The notes beneath the pieces were generated by a model, which saw nothing but the letters and a program-made list of their open reading frames with translations, ran no database searches and had not been told where the DNA came from. The position numbers and the translations under genes are program-made. A stretch of 64,000 nt of DNA from an uncultured Ferruginibacter sp. Lineage in GTDB: Bacteria; Bacteroidota; Bacteroidia; Chitinophagales; Chitinophagaceae. Positions 56,228 through 64,000 of the stretch are shown here, one piece after another. The first letter of the stretch is position 1; every line of letters starts with the position of its first letter. The DNA lies in NCBI GenBank assembly GCA_964655055.1, contig CAZZLI010000003.1, positions 2,381 through 66,380 on the forward strand, read 5' to 3'.

Positions 56228-57775
56228 TTGAACAAAGAGTTGATCATAAACGCCACCACGCAGGGCGTTGAAATTGCCCTGTTGGAAGACAAGCGCCTGG
56301 TGGAACTGCATCACGAGAAATCCGATGCTTCCTTCTCGGTGGGTGACCTCTATCTGGGTAAGGTACGCAAACTCATTCCCGGACTCAACGCCGCCTTTAT
56401 CGACATCGGCCACGAAAAAGACGCCTTCCTGCATTATACCGACCTCTCTCCCTATGCACGGTCGATCCTGAAATTCACCCAGCTCTGCATGAACAAGAAA
56501 TCGGAAGAACCCTTCGATTTCGGCAAGTTCAGGGTGGAACCGGAAATCGTAAAAACCGGTAAGATTGCCGAGGTGCTTAACGGCAAGCCCAACATCCTGG
56601 TGCAGATCCTCAAAGAACCCATTGCCAGCAAGGGGCCCCGGCTTAGTTGCGAGCTCTCACTTCCCGGAAGGTTTGTGGTGCTCACGCCCTTCAACGATGT
56701 GATTGCCGTATCGCGTAAAATCCACTCTTCCGAAGAGCGCAAACGACTTCAGAAGATCATTGAAGCCGTGAAGCCCAAGAATTTCGGTGTTATCGTGCGT
56801 ACCGCCGCAGAGGGAAGCAAGACTGCCGAATTGCATGAAGACCTGCTCTCGCTGGTCGAAACCTGGAAACTGATCCAGAACAACCTGCGTGGTGCCACAC
56901 CGCCCACCAAGATCCTAAGCGAGCAGGCGAAAACCACCAGCATGCTGCGCGACCTGCTGAATGCCGATTTCAACCGCATTGTCACCAACGACCGGAACCT
57001 ATACACCGAAACCAAGACCTATATCCAGCGCATCGCTCCTGAAAAATCGGAGATCGTATCGCTCTACAGCAACGGCTCACCCATCTTCGACAGTTTCGGT
57101 ATCACCAAGCAGGTGAAAGCCGCATTCGGCAAAACGGTGAATCTGCCGAGCGGGGCCTACCTGGTTATTGAACATACTGAGGCGCTGCATGTGATTGACG
57201 TGAACAGCGGCTACAAGAGTGCCAGCAACAACCAGGAGCAGAATGCCCTTGAAACCAACCTTGAAGCTGCGGCCGAAATAGCACGCCAGTTGCGACTCCG
57301 CGATATCGGCGGCATCATTGTGGTAGACTTCATCGACATGAAGCTGCCCGAAAACAAGAAAAAGCTGGTGGAAGCGATGGAAACGGCGATGGCCAGCGAC
57401 CGCGCCAAGCATTCGGCCCTGCCCATCAGCAAGTTCGGCATCATGCAAATCACCCGGCAACGCATGAAGCCTGAGGTGAACATAAACACTTCCGAGCTTT
57501 GCCCAAGTTGCAGCGGTACGGGAAAAATTTCCTCAAGCATCGTACTTTCCGACGATATCGAAAAGAATCTGAACTATCTGATCATGCAGAAGCACAGCGG
57601 ACTGACCATTGCTGTGAATCCCATCATCCATACCTATCTCACCAACGGATTTCTTTCAATCCGCCGTAAGTGGAGCTGGAAATACAAACAGCGCATCCGC
57701 GTGAAGGCCAACAACACCTATCACCTCACAGAGTTCCGGTTCTTCGACCGGCATGGCGACGAAATCAAAATCTAA
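56228..57775 (+). CDS. Ribonuclease E/G family
   Basis: TTG start; G..Y.GKV....PGLNAAF.DIG, QI.KEP...KGPRL, IVRTAA, E.TEALHVIDVNSG, RQLRLRD.GGII..DFIDM, CPSC.GTG. Confidence 0.95.
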   Translation: MNKELIINATTQGVEIALLEDKRLVELHHEKSDASFSVGDLYLGKVRKLIPGLNAAFIDIGHEKDAFLHYTDLSPYARSILKFTQLCMNKKSEEPFDFGKFRVEPEIVKTGKIAEVLNGKPNILVQILKEPIASKGPRLSCELSLPGRFVVLTPFNDVIAVSRKIHSSEERKRLQKIIEAVKPKNFGVIVRTAAEGSKTAELHEDLLSLVETWKLIQNNLRGATPPTKILSEQAKTTSMLRDLLNADFNRIVTNDRNLYTETKTYIQRIAPEKSEIVSLYSNGSPIFDSFGITKQVKAAFGKTVNLPSGAYLVIEHTEALHVIDVNSGYKSASNNQEQNALETNLEAAAEIARQLRLRDIGGIIVVDFIDMKLPENKKKLVEAMETAMASDRAKHSALPISKFGIMQITRQRMKPEVNINTSELCPSCSGTGKISSSIVLSDDIEKNLNYLIMQKHSGLTIAVNPIIHTYLTNGFLSIRRKWSWKYKQRIRVKANNTYHLTEFRFFDRHGDEIKI

Positions 57776-57794
57776 CGATCTGCGAATCCGGGCG

Positions 57795-58490
57795 TCAATC
57801 GCGCTGCCTTCCCTGATAAATCATAATGTACTGAAACAGCATGGCCACCGATGCCAGGGCTGAAACCACATAGGTTAGGGCGGCCCATTTCAGGGCATCT
57901 TTGGCTTTTTCCTGTTCCTGCGGACGGGTGATATTGGCTTTCTGCAGCCATTGCAGGGCGCGGGCGGAAGCATCAAACTCGACGGGCAGTGTAACCAGCG
58001 AAAAGGCGGTGGTTACGGCAAAGAGGATGATACCCACCAACAAGACGGTCTGGTTGCCACCCCCGAAGCCCATCATGCCCAGGCCGGCAATGATGACCCA
58101 TTGAGAGAGGTTGCTGCTCACCTGTACCAGCGGAACCATCTTGCTGCGCATCATCAGCATCGAATAGGCGGTGGCATGCTGTACGGCATGTCCGCATTCA
58201 TGGGCGGCAACGGCAGCAGCCGACACATTGCGGCCGGCATATACATCCGGACTGAGGTTGACCGTCTTCTTTACAGGATCGTAATGGTCGGAAAGAAAGC
58301 CCTGCACGCTCACCACGTTCACATCGTAAATGCCGTTGTCGCGCAGCATTTTTTCGGCTACTTCCTGACCGCTAAGTCCCGATGTGGTCGGCAACTGGCT
58401 GTATTCCTTGAAGCGGCTTTTCAGTCGGGCCTGCACGATCATACCGATGACCATGAATACCAGCGAAACCATGATTATTCCCGGAGTCAT
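57795..58490 (-). CDS. Putative neutral zinc metallopeptidase (YugP-like)
   Basis: LSDHYDP, V.LS..VY, AAHECGHAVQH, TLPVEFDAS.RA, L.WAA.TYV. Start moved to ATG 58490. Confidence 0.92.
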   Translation of the reverse strand: MTPGIIMVSLVFMVIGMIVQARLKSRFKEYSQLPTTSGLSGQEVAEKMLRDNGIYDVNVVSVQGFLSDHYDPVKKTVNLSPDVYAGRNVSAAAVAAHECGHAVQHATAYSMLMMRSKMVPLVQVSSNLSQWVIIAGLGMMGFGGGNQTVLLVGIILFAVTTAFSLVTLPVEFDASARALQWLQKANITRPQEQEKAKDALKWAALTYVVSALASVAMLFQYIMIYQGRQRD

Positions 58491-58637
58491 ATCAAATAGG
58501 TTTTTGTTTTGCGAAAATAATGTCAAAAAATGTACCTGAGAAAGGGTGTGACAAAAAGTCAAATATCCGGAATTTTCCCTCCCTGTGCGACGGATACTGG
58601 GCGTGTCCGACCGGACCGGCTTTACGTGAAGCAATTT

Positions 58638-58767
58638 GTCTGAACTATAATGGGTATGATTGAATGAAGACTATGAAGGGAGCCTTTGCATCGACAGCAT
58701 CTCTCCTGAAATTGCATACGCCACTCTGCGGACTTTGCCTGTTCTCCTCCGCGATCTTTGCGTGAAA
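58638..58767. repeat. Dispersed composite intergenic repeat, copy 1
   Basis: 39-bp unit 58638-58676 is 32/39 identical to 63819-63857. Second module ends CTTTGCGTGAAA (58724-58767). Confidence 0.65.
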
Positions 58768-58865
58768 AAAAACAGCAGCAGTAGACCCGCTTTTCAAACA
58801 GATTTCATCAAGAAATTATCTGACGAAACAATAAAGTAAATAAACGAAAAGAATCTGCAAGAAAC

Positions 58866-60716
58866 CTAACCCCGCAGCAGCCCGCGAATTTCCTGAACCA
58901 GTTCGCCACTGGTAATCGGCACGCCCTTGATCTTGTTGTAGCCGATGGCATCAATCAGATAGACATCGCGGAGGATTTTGATGAGCTGACCGTTATTGAT
59001 TTCCGGCACAAGCACCCTGTCGAAATTGCGGAGCAGCGTGCCCAGGTTCCGGGGGAAAGGCCGCAGGTAGCGGAGCTGTGCATGCGATACGGCAAGTCCT
59101 TCCTGCTGCAGCTGCGTCACCGCGGTTTTGATGGCACCATAGGTACTACCCCAGCCCAGCACAAGCACACGGCCTTTATCCGGTCCGCTGTCGAGCTGCT
59201 GTTCGGGAATATGCAGGGCGATGCGGTCAACCTTGGCCTGACGCGTTTTCACCATGTGCTGGTGGTTCTCATTATCGTAACTGATGTTGCCGGTGATGTC
59301 CTGTTTTTCAAGTCCGCCTACCCGGTGCTCCAGTCCCGCAGTACCCGGAACAGCCCAGGGGCGCACCAGACGCTCATCCCTTTTATACGGCATAAATTTT
59401 CCGTCGACGGCATCGGCAGAAGAAGCAAACCGCACATCTATCGGCGGAAGATCGGCCGCAAGCGGATAGCGCCAGGGTTCGGCACCATTGGCAATATACC
59501 CATCGCTTAAAAACACAACCGGTGTCATATGCTGCACACTGATACGGCAGGCTTCATACACCGCGTCGAAACAATCGCTGGGGGTGGATGCGGCAAGGAC
59601 CGGCATGGGACATTCCCCGTTGCGCCCGTAATAGGCCTGCAGCAGATCGCTTTGTTCGGTCTTGGTCGGAAGCCCGGTACTGGGTCCGCCACGCTGCACA
59701 TCAATAATAAGCAACGGAATTTCGAGCATCACGGCAAGGCCCATGGCTTCCGATTTCAGGGCCATACCCGGACCACTGGTAGTTGTTACCCCCATCGAGC
59801 CACCGTATGCTGCACCGATAGCGGCAGTGATGGCGGCAATTTCATCTTCAGCCTGAAAGGTTTTCACCCCGAACTGCTTGTGGCGGCTGAGTTCATGTAA
59901 AATATCGCTGGCCGGCGTAATGGGATAGCTGCCGAGAAACAGTGGCAGTCCGCTTTTTTGTGAGGCGGCGATCAATCCGAAACTCAGGGCCTGATTACCC
60001 ATGATAGAGCGGTAGTTTCCGGGCTCCATCCGTGCACCGGGCACCCGGTAGCGCGTACGGAAGGTTTCGGTGGTATCGCCATAATGATATCCGGCACGGA
60101 GCGCCTTCACATTGCTTTCAAGGATTTCGGGCTTCTTACCGAACTTGGCCGTAAGGAAAGCGATGGTGTTTTCCATTTCGCGGTTGTACATCCAGTACAG
60201 AAAGCCCAGCACAAACATGTTCTTGGCGCGGTCTTTCTCCTTGGTGCCCATGCTGATGTCGCGCAGAGCTTCCCGCGTCAGTTTCGTCACATCGATCTTT
60301 ATCAGCTGATAGCTTTCAAGGCTTCCGTTTTCGAGCGGGTTATCGCCTTCGGCATAATTGGCCAGGCGAAGGTTTTTGGTATCGAAGCCATCGGTATTGG
60401 CAATGATGATTCCGTCTTTGCGTAGTGCGGAGAGGTTCACTTTGAGCGCTGCGGCATTCATGGCCACCAGCACATCACAGGCATCGCCGGGCGTGTAGAC
60501 GGCATCGCTGCTGAAGCGCAACTGGAAGCCGCTCACTCCGGGCAAAGTACCCTGGGGGGCCCTGATTTCGGCAGGAAAGTCGGGGAAGGTGGCCAGGTCG
60601 ATACCCAGCAGGGCGGTGTTGTTGGTGAACTGGCTGCCGGTAAGCTGCATACCGTCGCCACTATCGCCGGCAAATTTGATCACCACATCGTTCAGTACCT
60701 GTTCGGCTGTACTCAT
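58866..60716 (-). CDS. korA: 2-oxoacid:acceptor (ferredoxin) oxidoreductase subunit alpha
   Basis: FAGDSGDGMQLTG, PAEIR, GYPITPAS-like GSYPITPAS, QAEDEIA, SGPG..LK.E, QRGGPSTGLPTKTEQ.D, GWGSTYG. Start moved to ATG 60716. Confidence 0.92.
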   Translation of the reverse strand: MSTAEQVLNDVVIKFAGDSGDGMQLTGSQFTNNTALLGIDLATFPDFPAEIRAPQGTLPGVSGFQLRFSSDAVYTPGDACDVLVAMNAAALKVNLSALRKDGIIIANTDGFDTKNLRLANYAEGDNPLENGSLESYQLIKIDVTKLTREALRDISMGTKEKDRAKNMFVLGFLYWMYNREMENTIAFLTAKFGKKPEILESNVKALRAGYHYGDTTETFRTRYRVPGARMEPGNYRSIMGNQALSFGLIAASQKSGLPLFLGSYPITPASDILHELSRHKQFGVKTFQAEDEIAAITAAIGAAYGGSMGVTTTSGPGMALKSEAMGLAVMLEIPLLIIDVQRGGPSTGLPTKTEQSDLLQAYYGRNGECPMPVLAASTPSDCFDAVYEACRISVQHMTPVVFLSDGYIANGAEPWRYPLAADLPPIDVRFASSADAVDGKFMPYKRDERLVRPWAVPGTAGLEHRVGGLEKQDITGNISYDNENHQHMVKTRQAKVDRIALHIPEQQLDSGPDKGRVLVLGWGSTYGAIKTAVTQLQQEGLAVSHAQLRYLRPFPRNLGTLLRNFDRVLVPEINNGQLIKILRDVYLIDAIGYNKIKGVPITSGELVQEIRGLLRG

Positions 60717-60889
60717 GCCTCTGATTTTCGCACGCAAGGTACACCGAAATAGGCACTTGCAGGACGGTGCGTCCAACGGCAACAAGAAGCCGGGCTTCGG
60801 TGTTGCGGTCGGCAAAAGCCTTATCTTGCAGACGAGGCGGGGATTTCAGGCCCGCTTTGTTGTATTTATTGGACAAGCAGCTCCCCCGC

Positions 60890-61648
60890 ATGCTCAAGGA
60901 AATCATCATTGCCGTACAATCGTATTTTGAAGCCCACCGCTTCATTGTGAAGCACCGACTGTGGAAATGGATCCTGATTCCCGGAATCATCTATTGCCTG
61001 CTGTTCTGCACCGGCATGTATTTTTTCTGGAAAAGCAGCAACTGGGTGATTATGGAGCTACTGGAAACCACGGGCATCGGGCGCTGGATGAATGCGCTCG
61101 ACAGCAGCTGGCTCAAGCTCCTGTTCATCTTCGGGCAGGTGATCCTAAAGCTGGTGCTGATGCTGTTTTACTTCTCGCTTTTCAAATACCTGTTCCTGAT
61201 CCTGGGTTCTCCGCTCTTTGCCTACCTGAGCGAAAAAACGGAAGCCATCATGCAGGGCAAGGATTTTCCATTCAGTCTGCCGCAGTTGCTTACAGACATC
61301 GTGCGCGGTATCCGTCTGGCGCTCCGCAATACACTCTGGCAAACCGTCTATGTCATCTCCATCCTGCTGCTCTCCTTCATTCCGGTGGCGGGTTGGTTCA
61401 CACCGTTGATTGCCCTGATGGTGGAATGTTATTATCTGGGTTTCTCCATGCTGGATTATAGCTGTGAACGGCGACAGTTCAGTCCCGCTGAAAGCATTGC
61501 CTTCATCAACAGGCACCGCGGTCTGGCTATAGGCAATGGCCTGGTATTCTACCTGATGCATCTGATTTTCGTTGTGGGCTGGTTGCTGGCACCAAGTTAT
61601 GCGGTCATTGCCGCCACCATCAGTTTTCACAAAACCCAAAAACCGTAA
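60890..61648 (+). CDS. EI24/CysZ-like membrane protein
   Basis: I.GSP.FAYLSEKTE, RG.R.A.RN, IP..G, YY.GF.M.DY..ER. Confidence 0.8.
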   Translation: MLKEIIIAVQSYFEAHRFIVKHRLWKWILIPGIIYCLLFCTGMYFFWKSSNWVIMELLETTGIGRWMNALDSSWLKLLFIFGQVILKLVLMLFYFSLFKYLFLILGSPLFAYLSEKTEAIMQGKDFPFSLPQLLTDIVRGIRLALRNTLWQTVYVISILLLSFIPVAGWFTPLIALMVECYYLGFSMLDYSCERRQFSPAESIAFINRHRGLAIGNGLVFYLMHLIFVVGWLLAPSYAVIAATISFHKTQKP

Positions 61649-61650
61649 CC

Positions 61651-62349
61651 ATGCCCGCAACGGTTTATCTGGTTCCCTCCCTGCTGGCGGAAGGTGCCAC
61701 GGCAAGCATCGCTCCGGCGGTGGTATCGGCCATCAGAAGCAGCACGGTGGTATTCGCCGAAAACATCCGCACCACGCGGCGTTTTTTCAAGGCGGTGGAT
61801 GCTTCCATTATCATTGACAACTACAAATGGCATGAAATCGATCCCGACAACTCCGAACAACAGGCTATCTTCAAACGCCTGTTGGCCGAAGAGAAACAGA
61901 TTGCTTTAGTCAGCGAAGCCGGATGTCCGGGTGTGGCCGATCCCGGACAGCAGCTGGTAGACCTTGCCCATAAGAACGGAGCGCGTGTAATTCCGCTTGC
62001 AGGCCCGAGTGCTATACTGCTTGCGCTGATGGCGAGCGGCATGAACGGTCAGCGTTTCAGTTTTTTCGGATACCTGCCCATAGAATCCGCTGAGCGCAAC
62101 AAGGCCTTGCGCAATCTGGAAGCACAGTCGAAAAAAGAAGGAAGCACCTGCATATTCATTGAAACACCCTACCGCAACAATGCCCTGTTTCAGGCCATCT
62201 GCGAAACCTGCGCGGGAACAACAAGACTCTGCATTGCCGCAGATCTTACCGGCGATCAGGAATTCATCCGTACGCTGAATGTAATGGCCTGGAAAAAACA
62301 GGCACCGGACCTGCATAAGCGACCGGCGATTTTTCTGCTGCAGGCCTGA
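61651..62349 (+). CDS. SAM-dependent tetrapyrrole-methylase family protein (RsmI-like)
   Basis: YL.P..L, EN.RT.RRF, SEAGCPGVADPG, P..GP.AI.LAL.ASG, F.GYLP, FIETPYRN. Confidence 0.88.
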   Translation: MPATVYLVPSLLAEGATASIAPAVVSAIRSSTVVFAENIRTTRRFFKAVDASIIIDNYKWHEIDPDNSEQQAIFKRLLAEEKQIALVSEAGCPGVADPGQQLVDLAHKNGARVIPLAGPSAILLALMASGMNGQRFSFFGYLPIESAERNKALRNLEAQSKKEGSTCIFIETPYRNNALFQAICETCAGTTRLCIAADLTGDQEFIRTLNVMAWKKQAPDLHKRPAIFLLQA

Positions 62350-62396
62350 AACCTCCTAGATATCTGTAATGCACCAATTTCATTGGCGCAAACAGC

Positions 62397-62452
62397 TATC
62401 ACATCGGCATTATCCGTAAAATTTTTTGGGGTAAAGGCAAAGTCACTTTCGT
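62397..62452. repeat. Left copy of a >=56-bp inverted repeat (partner 63945-64000)
   Basis: 47/56 ungapped identity to the reverse complement of 63945-64000; identical 15-bp end CAAAGTCACTTTCGT. Confidence 0.75.
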
Positions 62453-62471
62453 ATGGGAACAATCAATCGGC

Positions 62472-62897
62472 CTACTCACCCATCTTGACAATTCGGTCCA
62501 CCACATATCGGCTGTATCCCCGCCAGGGCAATGCCGCTTTATATTCGCGGTAATGCAGGTCGAAATAGCCGCCGCTGTGCAGCATGAGGATGTTGGCGAT
62601 GCTGTCGCTGGCAACCGAAAACTCGAATTCATACGATTGTATGGCACCTGTGGTTCCGGAACGGAATCCGCTTTGAATGAGTTTGCCCTCGTAGGTTTTG
62701 AAGACGTTGCCTTTCTTGACGAGGTAATTCAACTCGCCCGATTTGACGCCCTCACCGAAAACATAGTAGTGTTTCCACCAGAACCAGGTGCCACCTACAA
62801 CAAGGAGGAGAAGGAACGCGTAGAGCAGAAAACGCCGGAGTGTGCGCAGGATTCCGCCTGCGACACCCGATGCAGCTGGGGTATTGGAATCGGCCAT
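62472..62897 (-). CDS. Conserved single-TM hypothetical protein
   Basis: One TM, then YVFGEGVKSGEL...VKKG..FKTYEG.L, F.FSV, L.Y.E...A..WRG...Y.V. Confidence 0.75.
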   Translation of the reverse strand: MADSNTPAASGVAGGILRTLRRFLLYAFLLLLVVGGTWFWWKHYYVFGEGVKSGELNYLVKKGNVFKTYEGKLIQSGFRSGTTGAIQSYEFEFSVASDSIANILMLHSGGYFDLHYREYKAALPWRGYSRYVVDRIVKMGE

Positions 62898-63002
62898 GGT
62901 AAAAAGATTTTCACACAAGATAAGACGATGCTTTAACAAAAAATTAGTTGTGCCGTCTGAGGGGATGTCCGCAATTCCGTTAATTTGTGCAAAACAACTG
63001 CC

Positions 63003-63698
63003 ATGGATACCGTAAAACCCAAACTGCTCATTTGCGAAGACGACGCCAACCTGGGCGCCGTGCTCAAGAATTATCTTGAACTCAACGACTACGAAATCGT
63101 ACTGGAGCGCGATGGCCGGCTCGGTCTTGCGGCTTTCCAGCGGGAGAAATTCGACCTCTGCCTGCTCGATGTGATGATGCCGAACATGGACGGTTTCGCC
63201 CTGGCGGAAGCCATCCGCGACATCAATCCCGATGTGCCGCTGTTCTTCCTCTCCGCCAAAACCATGAAGGAAGACATCATACAGGGCTACAAACTGGGGG
63301 CCGACGACTATATCACCAAGCCTTTCGACAGCGAGGTGCTGTTGCATAAGATCAAAGCCATACTGAAACGAAACGAGGAAATCCACCGCGATGTGGAGAA
63401 TGCGGAATACGACCTGGGCGGTTTTCATTTCAATCCCCGTTTGCGGGAACTGAGCCAGGGCGGAAAAACCACCACGCTTTCACCCAAGGAAAGCCAGTTG
63501 CTGCGCATGCTTTGCGAATACCGCAACGATTTGCTGCCCCGCGAACTCGCCCTCAAACGCATCTGGGGAAGCGATACCTATTTCAACGGGCGCAGCATGG
63601 ACGTGTATATCGCCAAGCTGAGGAAGTACCTGAAGGAAGATGACCGCATTGAAATTGTGAATATCCATGGAAACGGGTTCAGGCTGGTGACGCGGTAA
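63003..63698 (+). CDS. OmpR/PhoB family response regulator (RprY-like)
   Basis: EDD, LDVMMP.MDGF, FLSAK, GADDY.TKPF, winged helix with RSMDVYIAKLRK, I.N.HG.GF. Confidence 0.93.
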   Translation: MDTVKPKLLICEDDANLGAVLKNYLELNDYEIVLERDGRLGLAAFQREKFDLCLLDVMMPNMDGFALAEAIRDINPDVPLFFLSAKTMKEDIIQGYKLGADDYITKPFDSEVLLHKIKAILKRNEEIHRDVENAEYDLGGFHFNPRLRELSQGGKTTTLSPKESQLLRMLCEYRNDLLPRELALKRIWGSDTYFNGRSMDVYIAKLRKYLKEDDRIEIVNIHGNGFRLVTR

Positions 63699-63818
63699 AA
63701 ATGTTGAGTGGTAAATTTTAAATGGTAAATGAAGCCGGGTTGAGGAATGGTAGCTGTGCATGAATTTCCTTCTGGGCCAACCTCAAACCTTCAAACCAGA
63801 AACCTTTGAAACTTTTTC

Positions 63819-63930
63819 GTCTGAACTGTGATTGAAATGATTACATGAAGACTATGATAAAAAAGCCGGGCCTTGCCCGGCTTTTCTTTGCGCTTTCTTT
63901 GCCGGTTTCCTTCGCGGGCTCTGCGTGAAA
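63819..63930. repeat. Dispersed composite intergenic repeat, copy 2 (interrupted by a terminator)
   Basis: GTCTGAACT...ATGAAGACTATGA (63819-63857) and a module ending CTCTGCGTGAAA (63886-63930). Confidence 0.65.
63859..63885. terminator. Bidirectional intrinsic terminator
   Basis: AAAAAA-GCCGGGC-CTT-GCCCGGC-TTTT. Confidence 0.8.
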
Positions 63931-63944
63931 TTTTTTTATCTGAC

Positions 63945-64000
63945 ACGAAAGTGACTTTGGTTTTAGCCCAAAAATTTTCCCGTAGAATGCCAATGTGATA
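63945..64000. repeat. Right copy of the >=56-bp inverted repeat (runs off window edge)
   Basis: Reverse complement matches 62397-62452 up to the last base of the window. Confidence 0.75.

Noticed and set aside
62256-62462. 68-aa ORF covering the left inverted-repeat copy
   Set aside because: The other copy has an in-frame stop and mostly non-synonymous differences, so coding function is unsupported.
1-64000. tRNA, rRNA, CRISPR arrays, transposases, prophage genes
   Set aside because: None recognised in any intergenic region or ORF.

Overview
Chromosomal window from a Bacteroidota bacterium, probably Chitinophagaceae-like. The assignment rests on gldD/gldE, TAnnTTTG promoters, no Shine-Dalgarno motifs, long-form IspG and the ftsX-DUF3098-uppP and mutY-ssb-gldE syntenies. 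It holds about 62 CDS, mostly housekeeping: maeB, ispG, nadB, tsaB, greA, ruvC, uppP, ftsX, leuS, dxs, arfB, rpsA, mlaE/F, ssb, mutY, HU, RNase E/G and korA. No rRNA, tRNA, CRISPR array or transposase was seen. Main non-routine items: (1) a seven-gene lipid-linked glycosylation cluster (18574-27369) with a HAD-UbiA polyprenyl-phosphoribose synthase, two GT-C transferases, a GT2, a deacetylase, a flavoprotein and an ArnA-like epimerase, but no adjacent DprE1/E2 or ArnB; (2) an intact class D beta-lactamase-fold lipoprotein whose catalytic Ser/Lys are replaced; (3) an AT-rich YhcG/DUF1016 islet bounded by imperfect 19-bp direct repeats; (4) a 29-aa bS22-like ribosomal protein missed by the ORF track; (5) a terminator inside the greA leader; (6) an inverted repeat pair of at least 56 bp around the last two genes, plus a dispersed composite repeat. 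All calls come from reading the sequence and recalling family motifs; no database searches were run. Several starts were moved downstream of the ORF-track starts.
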